Origin: a virus
Taxonomy: Duplodnaviria > Heunggongvirae > Uroviricota > Caudoviricetes
Length of the DNA stretch: 64,000 bases
IMG/VR virus record: IMGVR_UViG_3300005527_000046
Coordinates: 1-64,000 of that record
Direction: 5' to 3' (one strand)
Positions 44,935-56,334 of this stretch are shown here, in pieces. Both the position numbers and the translations under genes were made by a program. A model generated the notes under the pieces. It searched no databases and was not told where the DNA came from. It saw only the letters and a program-made list of their open reading frames with translations. Position 1 is the first letter of the stretch. Each line of letters opens with the position of its first letter.

Positions 44935-45993
44935 TTAAATTAACTTAGCTGCTATTTCAGGATGACATAAAGCTAAAAAAGCACAAGGCCTATGAAACTG
45001 ATCTAAGCATGGAGAAGAGTTAGTCATTTGTTTATTTGGAATTTTCTTCTCATACTTTTCTGCAATTATATCTTTATGCACAGAGGTTAGTTGAGATATT
45101 GCTTGCTCTCTAAATGTAGGAACCATCTCAGATAAGATTAGTTTATTACTTCTAAGATTATAAACTCCAATATACTTTGGCTGTTCTCCTGTTAATTCTT
45201 CATATGCGTGACTATACATTAATAGTTGATCATTGTAAGCTATATCAACTTCTTGATAGTCTTGTGCGCCACTCTTATAATCTATAATAGCAATTTGTCC
45301 ATCTTGCAACTCTGCTACCAAGTCTATATAAGCTTCTAGTATTGGCCCATCTTTTCCAGTATTAGGAGTAATAATTACATTTGTTTCTGGTGAAAATGCT
45401 AACTCAACTCCTAGTATTTTCTTAATTCTAGGATCTAGATTAAACTTATTAGCAACCTTTATTACTGTGAGAACTAAGTCAAAAAAGTCTATGTTTTCCC
45501 ATCTACCATCAACTGATCTAATATATCTATTTATATTATCTTGTAAATCTGATAGTTTTAATTTGGCTATTTCTTTTTTCCAAGCGGCTGTCATTTCAGG
45601 TGCTTGTGCTACTGTTCCATCACCCTTTCTAATTGGGAAATTACCTGTATAGCCTTCTGAAGCTCTTTCATATAATTCTTTTATTATGTTGTAATAAGCT
45701 TCTACTTGTTTAATTTGTTCTGTTAAATCATGTACAAATACTTTACTTAATACTTCATTGGTTGAAGAAAGTATAGTTGAATCAGATAGGGTGCAAGGAG
45801 GATTATCTATGCCAATAAAAGGAGAATAGTTATCTTCTAATATCTGGTGTAATGAACTGCCAATTAGTGTGGCTTTAGATAAACTATTATCTCTTAGTTT
45901 ATCTACATATTTATATTTAAATAAGGTAGAACATACATGATATGTTCTAAGGCGGCTTACTGAATAAGTGGCAGATCTTGTAGTGTCAGACAT
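44935..45993 (-). CDS. Cas4/RecB-family PD-(D/E)XK nuclease with putative Fe-S cluster
   Basis: IAIIDYKSG (D-x-K) motif; one N-terminal Cys (YHVCST) plus three C-terminal Cys (SSPCLDQFHRPCAFLALCHPE). Confidence 0.5.
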   Translation of the reverse strand: MSDTTRSATYSVSRLRTYHVCSTLFKYKYVDKLRDNSLSKATLIGSSLHQILEDNYSPFIGIDNPPCTLSDSTILSSTNEVLSKVFVHDLTEQIKQVEAYYNIIKELYERASEGYTGNFPIRKGDGTVAQAPEMTAAWKKEIAKLKLSDLQDNINRYIRSVDGRWENIDFFDLVLTVIKVANKFNLDPRIKKILGVELAFSPETNVIITPNTGKDGPILEAYIDLVAELQDGQIAIIDYKSGAQDYQEVDIAYNDQLLMYSHAYEELTGEQPKYIGVYNLRSNKLILSEMVPTFREQAISQLTSVHKDIIAEKYEKKIPNKQMTNSSPCLDQFHRPCAFLALCHPEIAAKLI

Positions 45994-46036
45994 TATTTGT
46001 GTTGTTTGGTTTATTTGAATATATTATAACATATAT

Positions 46037-49000
46037 TTAGGTATTAATAATTCCATCAATAACTTTAGTTCCTCTCTTTATATTGAACTGTTGTAATGCA
46101 ATTTGTTCACTATCTCTAGAACTTGTTTGTGTAAATTCTAAGGTTGTTTGACCTTTATCTGTTTTTCCTTTAGTAACCTTTGTTGCTGCTTGAATGTTTG
46201 GTGTTCCATCATTTATAAGTTGAATGTGTGGATTAGGTACTATATGACTTCCAACTACATTTAATGCTAAGTTTTTCTTAGTATTAATCTCATTAACATC
46301 ATTAGCCATTTGACCCATCTTAGTACTAACCTCTCCTAACTTAACAATTGCTTCTCTTGTTATAGCGTTTATCTCTGTTGATCCTATAATAGGAGCAGAG
46401 GTTATCTTTCTATTTTCAAGTTCTACAACTCTATTGATCTGACCTTCCCATGCTTGTATTTGTAATCTTTCTGTAACAGACATATATTTAGATACTAATG
46501 CATGATTTAACTTGTCATCCATTCTTGTGTTCCAAAATTGTTTACCTGTTACTAGTTGATTATAAGCTTTACCTCTAATAGCAAATGCAAAGTCCTGAGA
46601 TGGATCAACAGATCCTGGTCCATATCCTTCAGCAGTAGCAGCATATCCAGTCATAGGAGCATCAAAAGATGTAACAAATCTACCAGCAGTCTTTCTGCCA
46701 GTTGGATCATCTAAGGTGTCTATTTGTGCCATCCATTCTTGTTTCATTGCATCATTTACTGTGCCTTGAAATAGAGGATTTCTATAGTCTTTATCCCTAT
46801 ACTTTGTATCATTATATATTTGATTGGCAGGTTTAAATAGATAAGATCCTGGCGCTCCAAACATCTGTGTTGGTAAGTTACTAAGATTAGATGCAAAGTC
46901 ATCTGCTGTCTCAGGACTGTTAAGTATCCAAACAATTTGTACTGCAGTTAATACTAAAGAAGCAACTAAACCCCAAGGTCCTGCTGCTACTCCAGAAATA
47001 GCTTTTAATCCAGCTCCTGCAAATTTTGCACCAGTTACTAATCCTTTAATTGCCATTCCTTGTGCTGTCTTTTGTATTGCAGCGTTTCTTATTGCTGTAC
47101 TAGCACTCTGTATAAGACCTACCTTAGCAACTTGTTCTGTTATCTTAGAAGTGATAGTCTTTGCAACTATAGTTTGTCCAATCTTATTGGCTATAAATGG
47201 AGTTACTAATGTACTACTTAAAGAATCTAATGCCTGTAAACTAGCACCTTCTAATCTGTTATTCTTAGAGTCTAATGAGTGTCCTAAACCAACTCCAAAT
47301 ATTAAAGCACCAATAGCTGCAACTCCCGCATTAATTAGATTGCCTGTCTTTAAGTAGTTAAGAGTTCCTCCAATACCTAAAGCTAAACCTCCAACAATGT
47401 TTATAACTCCACTTTGGTTTTGAATATTTCTTATTACTTGTCTTCCTCCTTGATAAAAGTCATCCATCTTAGAAGTAATATATCCACCCAACTCAGGACT
47501 TAAAGAAGATAGGGATGATCCAGCTAAGTCAAATACACTTCTACCAGCTAAGGTTAAACCAGCTAATCCTATAGAAACTCCCCAAGTTTTACTTGCTTTG
47601 AATAATGCTATAGATGATGCAGCTAAAGTAATACCTACAGCACCAGCAGTAATTCTTCCTCCAGTTCCATTATTCTTAAATAGTAAATCATAGCCAAAGA
47701 AACCAGCAGCTAGTCCTCCTATTCCAGGAATAATACTCTTCTGAATTGACTGATTCATTAATAATGTACCAAAGAATAAAGCCCCCCATATATTGTCAAA
47801 GCTTTCTTTGGCCATTTCTTCTCTGGCCATTTCTTTTTCTCTTTCTCCTGTTTTACTAGAAGCTACACTAGCTGCAGCTCTAAATGTTAATAAGTTAGTA
47901 CTAACAAACATAGCCATTTGATAGCCATTCATTAGTACTGTTCCCATTCTAGATAAACCCTCTAGAAATGTTAAACCTGCAGTAGTCTGTAATGCTTTAG
48001 GTGGCACTCCTACTGGCATACTTCCCTGAAGTCCAGATCTAGTATTTTGTTTTATATCAAGTTCAATAGCTTTTGCAACTTCTTCTTGTAACTCTTTAGT
48101 GGGGACATTAAACATACCTCCACCATATTTTCTTACATTGTCTAATACTTCTTTAGATGCATCTGTTGCTTCTAAAGTCATTCTGGTTATTAGATCTCTG
48201 TTAGTTCCTCCACTAACTATATTTAATAATCTATCAAAGACAGCAGTTAAACCAGTTCTCTTTGTTGAAATGATTGTGGTTAATCTATCTTTAATCTGTT
48301 CTCTAAGATGTAACTTGTTATTAAATCTTTGATCTACTGATACTTTATTAACATAATCTTCATCAATTATTGCTGTGCTGTTTAACTCCCTTCTAACAGA
48401 ATTAGTATAAATATTGTCTGCATCTTGTATAAAAGCTGCTTTAATTCTTTCATCAATAACATCATAGTAACTATCAATAACAATATCAAATTTGGCAGCA
48501 TATACTTCTGTCATAAGATCAATAGAATGTCTCATATTAGGGCTTCTATCTTTGCCAAATATATTGAAACCTCCTCCAAATTTTCCTGCCGCTTTAGATA
48601 TGAATTTATCAGCTTTAGCTTCTAATAAATCATCATAAGTAAAGCCTTTATAATATTTATCTACAAAGTCTGCTTTAGCTATAGGAGTTTTAGATTCAGC
48701 ATTATAAGCATCATATTGACCCTCTAAATAAGCATCAAGAACTTGCTTATTAGTATAATCATCTAATAAGTGTTCTGTTATTTTATGTGTTGTATGATTA
48801 TAAGTTATAGTTTCATCTAGGGTTTCTGAGAACATTACAGATTTAAATTCTCTAGCATGAGTTCTAGCTATTCTGTCATCTCTAGTAGATAATCTAGTTG
48901 TTTGACTTGGTGCTGATCTAGTTTCTAACTCATCATAAAAGTCATTTAATCTTGTTATTTGTTGAGTGTGTGCTTGTCCATAGTTCTTTGAATAGTCTCT

Positions 49001-52000
49001 ATAAGCACTATCAAACTTCATAGATAAAGCTCCACTTAATTCATTGATTTGACTTGTATATTTCTTAGCTTGATGATCTGTTAAGCCTTCAGCTATTGCA
49101 AATACAACTTGTGTTCTTCTTAGTAATAAGAATTTACCTGCCGCCGCTTTTAATTCTTCTGCTTCATATAAATGTTTAGAGAACCACTTTCCTTCATCAA
49201 AGTACTTATGTTGTTGTTCCCATAATAATGTATTGTCTTTTGTTACTTGACCTTGACTGGCTTTAGTGGCAGCAACAACTGATATAGCAGCAGTAACTAA
49301 ACCAAGAGAACCTATTCCAACTGCCATTATAGGCAGCCACATAAATGGTGGAAGAGCTTGAGTTAATCCTTGCAATGAAGATGTGTCTCTAACTTTTGTT
49401 AGAAATTCTCCAGCTCTTTCAAAGAAGCTTTTATTTGAATCATATTGATTTGCTGTTGATTGAATTGCAATTCCTTGCATCTCCATAAAAGCATTTTCAT
49501 TATCACTGTCTTGTATAGACATTTTAGCTGCTATAAAAGGATTAGAGTTAGATGCTAAACCACCTATTTGTTTTACAGTTATTTCACCTCCCATAAAGAA
49601 ATTTTGATTTATCTCTCCTAATCCAGTCTGACTTCCATTGCTTGATATATCTTTTAATGCTTTATAGAACTTACCTTGCATATCTGGTGAAGCTATGTTC
49701 ATATTATTCATTAAGGTATATAAAGCTATGTTTACATTAGTACCATAAGATAATGCTTGTAGTCTCTTATATCTTTGGTTGAGAGACATTGCTAAAGCTT
49801 TATTAGTAGTCATAGCTTCTAATGTATATTTATTAGGAGATGTAAACTTAATTCTATCTTTACCTGATCTTGTTGGTTGGCTATATACAGCAGTAATAAT
49901 GTTAGAAGCAAACTGTCTTAGTTGTGCTTGATTGTGTCCAGCAGCATCATCAATTCCTCTTAAATTAGCAATAATATTCTGTGCTAAGAAACCTTTCTTA
50001 GCTAATTCTTGTAGTCCAAATACAGATGACATACTATACATTGCAGATGAGAAATCTTGTGATGCTGATTGTATTTGGAAATAGTCTCTAAGTCTTACAT
50101 CACTATCATCTGGTCTTATTGTTATACCACCAACAGCCACACCAATAAAGGTATTTGGTGAATTTACAATTATTAAATTACTCAATTGTTTTAGTGAGTT
50201 GTTTATTGCTCCTTTAGTTGTACTGTCTGGATTTATTAAGAATTCACCTTTACTATTATGTAAATTAGGTCCTACTAAACCTTTAGCAATGTCATAAGAA
50301 TGGGCTCTATCATACTTTGTTTGTAGTTTAACAAAGTCTACTACACCTTTTCTAAAGTTTGCCCAAGGTGTGTTGCTGTCTTCATCTGCTCCTATTAAAG
50401 CATCTTGAAAGTCCTTATAACCCATGCCTTGAGATGCCCAATTTAAGCCATGAAATGTTAGTCCAAGTAAGGCTGTAGTTCCGCCTAATCTAGCCCATCT
50501 TTCTATATGAACTCTATTACTAGCAGATCTATTTATACTCATTCCTTTTAACACTGCTGAGGCTGGTTGATTGTTAGCAGGATTACTAAACTTATCTAAC
50601 TCAGCTAATACTGCTGAAGCTTGGTTATTCTTTATAATTGAGTTTAAGTCTGTACCAGCACTTATATCTAAGGACTGTAAACCTTTATAGACATTATTAG
50701 ATCTATTACTTGTTATTTGTTTAATGTTTGAATATGGATCACTTACATTAAAAGCATTTTTGAATATCTTTCCTTGTGCATCTTCTACTGCTTGAATAAT
50801 AGGAGAGTTGCCCATTCCTTCTTCTATTATTATTTGTACTTCTCTTGCTTCCATGTTTAACTTATATGTTTCATACTTTAAGCTTAGAGATTGTATAAAG
50901 CCAATATTCTTCTTTCCTATTGGCACTTGTTGTAGTCTTTCTACAACAGTTAATCTATTCCTAAATCTCTCAACAATTTGTTCAGGATTAATATCTGCAA
51001 AGATTAAACTCTTAGGATTAAAGGATGTAACTCCTGCTGTTAATGCGAATAAGGTTGCACCAAAAGCAACAGTTGTCATTCTTCTTGTATTGTCATATTT
51101 ATCTTCTGTTTGTTTTGTTAAATCTCCAAATGCTATTTCTGGATTTACTTTGCCTGATGTTGGATCTGTTATAAAATGATTCCACAAAGCTCCAACAGCT
51201 AGTAAGCCTAATCCTTTTCCTACTTTATTTTCTAATGTTCCTGTTTGGAATACAGCACTTTGTTTTACAAAGCCTCCAAACTTGCCTAATGTATTTCTAT
51301 ATAAACCTTTAAGACTGTTATTAGAATACATCCAAGCAACTAAAGGATCTATCTTTGTTTTGTCAAATCTTGCACTTGTAATATTTAATTCTGACTCTAA
51401 CATTGCTAGTCTTCTAGAGGCTGCTATTGTACCTTTAGCATAACTAATACCTCCTATAAGAGCAGCTCCTGCCATAATAGAAGCACCTCTTAAAGCAAAG
51501 TTTCCATCTTTATCTTCTTTCTTATTTGTAAAAGGTTGAGATAATGTATTAATAACACTATATAAGTGATTACCAATAGCACCTCCCATAAAGGCACTAA
51601 ATACAACAGGCACAAATGATGTTGATCTTAATCTTAAGCCTGGCATCCTAAAGTCACCAGTTGTTAGATTAAGAGACTGAGCAGCTATATAGAAAGGCAA
51701 TGTAGCAATCCCTAAGAACTTATCTCTGGCAGCCCTTGTTGATTGTGTTATTAAAGATTCAGTGGCAACAACAGTTCCAGTTGATTTAAGTATTTGATGG
51801 TTTCTTCCCCATATTCTATTCCTTACTAAGGTGTTAGATACTCCTATACCAACTCCACTCCATAAGGCTACTTGGCTATAGATGTTATAATAATCTTGTA
51901 AGCTTAAGGAGTCCTTATTCCCTTCATTAAGTATTAGACCAGTTCCTAGATAACCAGTTTTAATGGTTACATTATCAGCACTCTTAGCATTCATTGCAAA

Positions 52001-55000
52001 TGCAATTGGAAAGCTTACATTAATAGGTGCTACTCCAACAGCAGGAGGTCCTTGTAAACCTAAGTTAACAGTTGTATAACTACTACCATTACTATCTACT
52101 ACCTTTTTAATTACACTGTAATATTGAAATATAGGCAGAGGAGATTGTGTAGCAGTTACATATGCAGTGCTACCTTTTTGAGATGATGTAATTGGATTAA
52201 TAATCTTACCTAAAGCTACTGCTAATAAGGCAGCATTAACTTCAAGTGGTGATATAGAATCACTAATAGAAGCTGAACCACCATCTGAGGTTCTAGCTTG
52301 ATCTATTCTTTTATTAACATGTTCTACATAACTTCCAAGTCTAGCTATAGCTGTTTGATTTGTTTCATCTAGTTTTGGCCCATTTATATCACCTTGGAAA
52401 GGGCTTAGTCTGTTCCAATAAGCTATTCCTAATCCTATAAGACTAATTGCTGTAGTTGTAATAGGATTTCTACCAAATAGGTTAGCCGCTCCTTGTAATC
52501 CTTTTAGTAATGTATTACCTAACATACTTGTAACTTTGTAGTTACTATATCCAAGTTTACTACCACTAACCATATGTAATGAGTGAGCCATATTATCTAT
52601 AGTTGTAGTAACACCAAATGCTATGGCAGGAGCAGCTAAAAATGCAGTAGATAAAACAGCAGAACCCATTAAGTTTCTTTCATTGTTAATGGTAGAACTA
52701 ATCACATATCTAGCAGTTTGCATTGCTGCTAAGGTTAAGCCTAAACTAATAGAGAAAGATGTCCAGTTCTTTGCAACTTTAGCATTAAGAGCACTTAGTC
52801 CTGTTATATTTCCATTTTCCCTTACAACATTAAAACTTAATTCTTTACCACTAATTAATTTAACTGTAACTGCATTTTTACCAGCAGACAAAGTTGTAAG
52901 TTCAGCCATAGTTGCAGACTGAACAGCTTGACCATTTACTTCTGCTATATTATCTAATAAAGCTTGTCCAGTAAACATCTTTCCATGTATTTCAGGTGTG
53001 CTAGTAGATGCATGATCATACGCCCATCTAACTATTCCAGCCATTGTAACTAAACTTTGAGTACCTAATACAAAGTTAGCAACATGATCATTAGCACCAG
53101 CCATCTTTACTAATTCAGCAGCAGAGAAGAAGTTAGTGCTTTGTAATTCAATTGATGTGTTAGTTGTTCCTCTATTTAGTTGTATTTGAGCTAAGGTAGA
53201 TGTTAGTAAGGAGGCTCCAGTTGATTGAGCAAACTCTGTTAATACTAATTGAGGTATGAATAAAGCACCAATAATCCACTTAGCAGCAGCTAATTTAGTA
53301 CTAGATATCTTCATACCTACATAACTATTTCCCTTGTCTAAATGGTTTAATAAGAAACCAACACCACCTGAGCTGTGTGTTTTATTAGCATAAGTATATA
53401 AAGCATCGTCTAAAGTTATAGTTCTAAGGCCTACTCTTTTGCTTGATAAAGCTTTCCATTTAGCCTGATATGTTGCTTCATTGTCTAATAATTCTTCCAC
53501 TGATACCGCATCTAATGCATTAGTATTAAACACATCAAAACCTCTAGCAGATCTATTCTTTGCAGAATCTATAGAGTTATTTGTTCTTACTTTTACATTA
53601 TCTTCTAAGTTTATTTCTGCTTGTGAGTATGTTTTACTAATCTTACTAATGTCTTCTAAGTCTCTTTTAGATTGGCCACCTCTAGTATTAAAAGATAATA
53701 TAGATCTGGTCATTGTTGCTATATGATTCATTATTCTGAAGGCAGGATAGGAGGCTTTAGTACCATTCTCACTGAACAACATAAACTCATTAGCTGCGCC
53801 CCAAAAACCTTGATTGTTTAATGATGCATTAACATATCTGGCAAAACCTTCAATGTCTAATAAGTTACCAATCATAGGAGCTGTTACATTGTCTTTTCTG
53901 CCAGCAAATATTCCCCATGCCCAAGGCATAGGGACTAAGTTGATTACTCCTTGTATCTTCTTAGCAAGCATCATGTTTCTTTCTATAGAAACATTGGTTA
54001 TCTTTAATTCATATTGTTTGTTAACTGCATCATTAATCTCCTTAACAACATCAGATGTTGGTTTGATAGTTGCATCATTACCTCTAAGAATATCTATGGC
54101 TCTGGGTATATTAAAAGTTTTACCAGAAGCTGTTGTTATGTTTACTGTGTTCCAATCAATTGATTTGGCTCCACTAGTTATAACTTCTCCAGCTCTATCA
54201 ATAATCTTTATGTCAGCAGGTGATTGTAATACTTCTAGGTAATCATTAGTAGCAGAAATTAAGGCTTTAGATTTATTAGAGCCTAATGTATATGGATTAA
54301 TCTTACTTATTAAGAATTCTCTTGCAGTTGCTGAGAAGAAGAAACCACCTCTTTGTCTTTGATAGTTATCTAAATAATAAAGAGAGAATGTAGGATTATC
54401 TAATGAATAGTAAGCAGTTGTTGCACCCTTAACTTGTCTTTCAATGACAGACATTTTAAAGCCAATATTATCATTGTCTGTTCCTCCTAATGCCCACTTA
54501 GCAGCTTTATTTGTATCAGCAGCTTTAATAAGAGCCTCTTGACTATTAAGTAAAGCTCTAGAAGCCATTGCTTTAAGTGGCTCTCCAACTGCTAGATAAA
54601 CTCCAATAGAGGAGGCGGTAGCCAATACAGTAGCAGCACTATTTGCAAGTAAATCTTGAAAGAAACTTGTCTTAGTTGTAAAGTAATTTTCTCCATCATC
54701 TTTGTAGCTTCTTAGTACTGGATTATTAGTTAAATATGATTGATCAATGAGCGCACCAACTGCACTAAATAGAGAAGGAATTGGTCCTCTTTCTTCTTGT
54801 AATACTCTACCCATACCATTAGGTATAAAGAAGAATTCATTTATTCTACTCATTAATGATGGTGAATTGACAGCAAAATCAAATGCTTTAGCTACTGCTA
54901 CTTCATCTCTTGATAAGTTATTATTAGTCTTACTAGCTCTAAGTATGCCTTCATATGTTCCCATATCTTCAGCATCAACAACAGATGTAAACCTACCTGA

Positions 55001-56323
55001 TGCTCTCATAGAAGCATTATATCTAGCTAATTCAAATTGTTGTGAATGAGTTTTCTTATTACTAATAACTAAACCTCTATATTCCTTATCAGTGTCATAT
55101 AAAGGAGCTAATAAAGGATTGTGTATACCCTTAGCTCTAGCATTAATAACAGCCTTACTCTCAAAACTACTGTTTATATCATCTAAGTTTACATGTAATA
55201 ATCCTTTACCATCTTTAGGCGCATCATATACATTTTGTAATATTTGTTCTTCTACTTCTGGATCTAGATGAGGAAATAACCTTTTCATTCCTGTTAGTTC
55301 TCTAATCTGTCTACCATCTGCAAGTTTATAATCCTTCCAATTATCTTTTACATTTTGACTGTTAGGCATTATAACAGCAATAGTTTTTGTGTCTTTTGTT
55401 ATTGTTGTTTGTCCTGGCTCTAATACAACGGCTACCTTCCATAAAACTTTAGGTACTTCTACTCCATTAATACTCTCAACATAACCATTCTTACCAATAC
55501 CTCCTTTACCAGCACCACCTGTTATAATTTGAATCTCTCTTTCGGTATAACCAAATAAAGGAATGCCAAAAGGTCCTTTACCTTCATGTACTTTATTGTT
55601 TAAATAGTGTTCTAAATCTGCCCAAGGACCTGCATTAACTTCATGTGCTTGTGCTAACATGTTAGTCATTACATATGTAGAAGAGTTAATTCCTACAGTA
55701 CTTGTAAATGCAGCAGAGTTAGCCAAGTGACCTCTATCAAATCCTTTAAATCCTGTAAAGTCAACCTTCTTAAAGTTAGACGGTAGATTTGTATCATTTC
55801 TAAAATCATTCTGTCTACTAACATTACCTAAGTTATTTTTTGTCAGTTTAAAAGCAACCCAATTAGGCCTGCCTTTTTCATTGTTGTAACTAGTAACAAA
55901 TTGAGATCTGCCTTCTACTTTATTTTCTAATATGTAGTTATTACTGTCAGATGTATTAGCTCCCGTTGGATTGCCAATAAGTGATAGATTAGAATTGTTT
56001 TTATAGTTATAGCTGTCATTGCCAATATAACTTTGTTCTACTATTCTTTTATTTGTCTCTACATGTACATCTAAACCAGTTAGATCAAAAGAATAACCAA
56101 CCTTAGGAGCATTTCCATAGCCTCTTAGATAATCATTGTATCTACTTTTATTATCACTAAATGCAGAGAAGTTTCCTACTCTATCCTCAAATAACTTTCC
56201 TTTATATTGCCAATCCCAATTACCTTTGTTATAAGATGATGTTGCATCCTTAATAGCAAATGAGCCATAACCTAAAGTTGTGGCTCCTATTCCAGTGGCA
56301 ATTGCAATATTAAGTAAACTCAT
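46037..56323 (-). CDS. giant virion-associated protein (3428 aa): N-terminal signal peptide + DNA/RNA non-specific endonuclease (His-Me finger, DRGH) domain, long Gly/Ala/Ser/Thr-rich multi-TM tape-measure-like core
   Basis: Uninterrupted 10.3-kb ORF; N-terminus MSLLNIAIATGIGATTLGYGSFA; FKGFDRGHLANSAAF...N...GPWADLE matches the Serratia-nuclease (Endonuclease_NS) active-site region; many hydrophobic G/A-rich segments; sits next to terL. Confidence 0.7.
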   Translation of the reverse strand: MSLLNIAIATGIGATTLGYGSFAIKDATSSYNKGNWDWQYKGKLFEDRVGNFSAFSDNKSRYNDYLRGYGNAPKVGYSFDLTGLDVHVETNKRIVEQSYIGNDSYNYKNNSNLSLIGNPTGANTSDSNNYILENKVEGRSQFVTSYNNEKGRPNWVAFKLTKNNLGNVSRQNDFRNDTNLPSNFKKVDFTGFKGFDRGHLANSAAFTSTVGINSSTYVMTNMLAQAHEVNAGPWADLEHYLNNKVHEGKGPFGIPLFGYTEREIQIITGGAGKGGIGKNGYVESINGVEVPKVLWKVAVVLEPGQTTITKDTKTIAVIMPNSQNVKDNWKDYKLADGRQIRELTGMKRLFPHLDPEVEEQILQNVYDAPKDGKGLLHVNLDDINSSFESKAVINARAKGIHNPLLAPLYDTDKEYRGLVISNKKTHSQQFELARYNASMRASGRFTSVVDAEDMGTYEGILRASKTNNNLSRDEVAVAKAFDFAVNSPSLMSRINEFFFIPNGMGRVLQEERGPIPSLFSAVGALIDQSYLTNNPVLRSYKDDGENYFTTKTSFFQDLLANSAATVLATASSIGVYLAVGEPLKAMASRALLNSQEALIKAADTNKAAKWALGGTDNDNIGFKMSVIERQVKGATTAYYSLDNPTFSLYYLDNYQRQRGGFFFSATAREFLISKINPYTLGSNKSKALISATNDYLEVLQSPADIKIIDRAGEVITSGAKSIDWNTVNITTASGKTFNIPRAIDILRGNDATIKPTSDVVKEINDAVNKQYELKITNVSIERNMMLAKKIQGVINLVPMPWAWGIFAGRKDNVTAPMIGNLLDIEGFARYVNASLNNQGFWGAANEFMLFSENGTKASYPAFRIMNHIATMTRSILSFNTRGGQSKRDLEDISKISKTYSQAEINLEDNVKVRTNNSIDSAKNRSARGFDVFNTNALDAVSVEELLDNEATYQAKWKALSSKRVGLRTITLDDALYTYANKTHSSGGVGFLLNHLDKGNSYVGMKISSTKLAAAKWIIGALFIPQLVLTEFAQSTGASLLTSTLAQIQLNRGTTNTSIELQSTNFFSAAELVKMAGANDHVANFVLGTQSLVTMAGIVRWAYDHASTSTPEIHGKMFTGQALLDNIAEVNGQAVQSATMAELTTLSAGKNAVTVKLISGKELSFNVVRENGNITGLSALNAKVAKNWTSFSISLGLTLAAMQTARYVISSTINNERNLMGSAVLSTAFLAAPAIAFGVTTTIDNMAHSLHMVSGSKLGYSNYKVTSMLGNTLLKGLQGAANLFGRNPITTTAISLIGLGIAYWNRLSPFQGDINGPKLDETNQTAIARLGSYVEHVNKRIDQARTSDGGSASISDSISPLEVNAALLAVALGKIINPITSSQKGSTAYVTATQSPLPIFQYYSVIKKVVDSNGSSYTTVNLGLQGPPAVGVAPINVSFPIAFAMNAKSADNVTIKTGYLGTGLILNEGNKDSLSLQDYYNIYSQVALWSGVGIGVSNTLVRNRIWGRNHQILKSTGTVVATESLITQSTRAARDKFLGIATLPFYIAAQSLNLTTGDFRMPGLRLRSTSFVPVVFSAFMGGAIGNHLYSVINTLSQPFTNKKEDKDGNFALRGASIMAGAALIGGISYAKGTIAASRRLAMLESELNITSARFDKTKIDPLVAWMYSNNSLKGLYRNTLGKFGGFVKQSAVFQTGTLENKVGKGLGLLAVGALWNHFITDPTSGKVNPEIAFGDLTKQTEDKYDNTRRMTTVAFGATLFALTAGVTSFNPKSLIFADINPEQIVERFRNRLTVVERLQQVPIGKKNIGFIQSLSLKYETYKLNMEAREVQIIIEEGMGNSPIIQAVEDAQGKIFKNAFNVSDPYSNIKQITSNRSNNVYKGLQSLDISAGTDLNSIIKNNQASAVLAELDKFSNPANNQPASAVLKGMSINRSASNRVHIERWARLGGTTALLGLTFHGLNWASQGMGYKDFQDALIGADEDSNTPWANFRKGVVDFVKLQTKYDRAHSYDIAKGLVGPNLHNSKGEFLINPDSTTKGAINNSLKQLSNLIIVNSPNTFIGVAVGGITIRPDDSDVRLRDYFQIQSASQDFSSAMYSMSSVFGLQELAKKGFLAQNIIANLRGIDDAAGHNQAQLRQFASNIITAVYSQPTRSGKDRIKFTSPNKYTLEAMTTNKALAMSLNQRYKRLQALSYGTNVNIALYTLMNNMNIASPDMQGKFYKALKDISSNGSQTGLGEINQNFFMGGEITVKQIGGLASNSNPFIAAKMSIQDSDNENAFMEMQGIAIQSTANQYDSNKSFFERAGEFLTKVRDTSSLQGLTQALPPFMWLPIMAVGIGSLGLVTAAISVVAATKASQGQVTKDNTLLWEQQHKYFDEGKWFSKHLYEAEELKAAAGKFLLLRRTQVVFAIAEGLTDHQAKKYTSQINELSGALSMKFDSAYRDYSKNYGQAHTQQITRLNDFYDELETRSAPSQTTRLSTRDDRIARTHAREFKSVMFSETLDETITYNHTTHKITEHLLDDYTNKQVLDAYLEGQYDAYNAESKTPIAKADFVDKYYKGFTYDDLLEAKADKFISKAAGKFGGGFNIFGKDRSPNMRHSIDLMTEVYAAKFDIVIDSYYDVIDERIKAAFIQDADNIYTNSVRRELNSTAIIDEDYVNKVSVDQRFNNKLHLREQIKDRLTTIISTKRTGLTAVFDRLLNIVSGGTNRDLITRMTLEATDASKEVLDNVRKYGGGMFNVPTKELQEEVAKAIELDIKQNTRSGLQGSMPVGVPPKALQTTAGLTFLEGLSRMGTVLMNGYQMAMFVSTNLLTFRAAASVASSKTGEREKEMAREEMAKESFDNIWGALFFGTLLMNQSIQKSIIPGIGGLAAGFFGYDLLFKNNGTGGRITAGAVGITLAASSIALFKASKTWGVSIGLAGLTLAGRSVFDLAGSSLSSLSPELGGYITSKMDDFYQGGRQVIRNIQNQSGVINIVGGLALGIGGTLNYLKTGNLINAGVAAIGALIFGVGLGHSLDSKNNRLEGASLQALDSLSSTLVTPFIANKIGQTIVAKTITSKITEQVAKVGLIQSASTAIRNAAIQKTAQGMAIKGLVTGAKFAGAGLKAISGVAAGPWGLVASLVLTAVQIVWILNSPETADDFASNLSNLPTQMFGAPGSYLFKPANQIYNDTKYRDKDYRNPLFQGTVNDAMKQEWMAQIDTLDDPTGRKTAGRFVTSFDAPMTGYAATAEGYGPGSVDPSQDFAFAIRGKAYNQLVTGKQFWNTRMDDKLNHALVSKYMSVTERLQIQAWEGQINRVVELENRKITSAPIIGSTEINAITREAIVKLGEVSTKMGQMANDVNEINTKKNLALNVVGSHIVPNPHIQLINDGTPNIQAATKVTKGKTDKGQTTLEFTQTSSRDSEQIALQQFNIKRGTKVIDGIINT

Positions 56324-56334
56324 TTTTTTATTAG

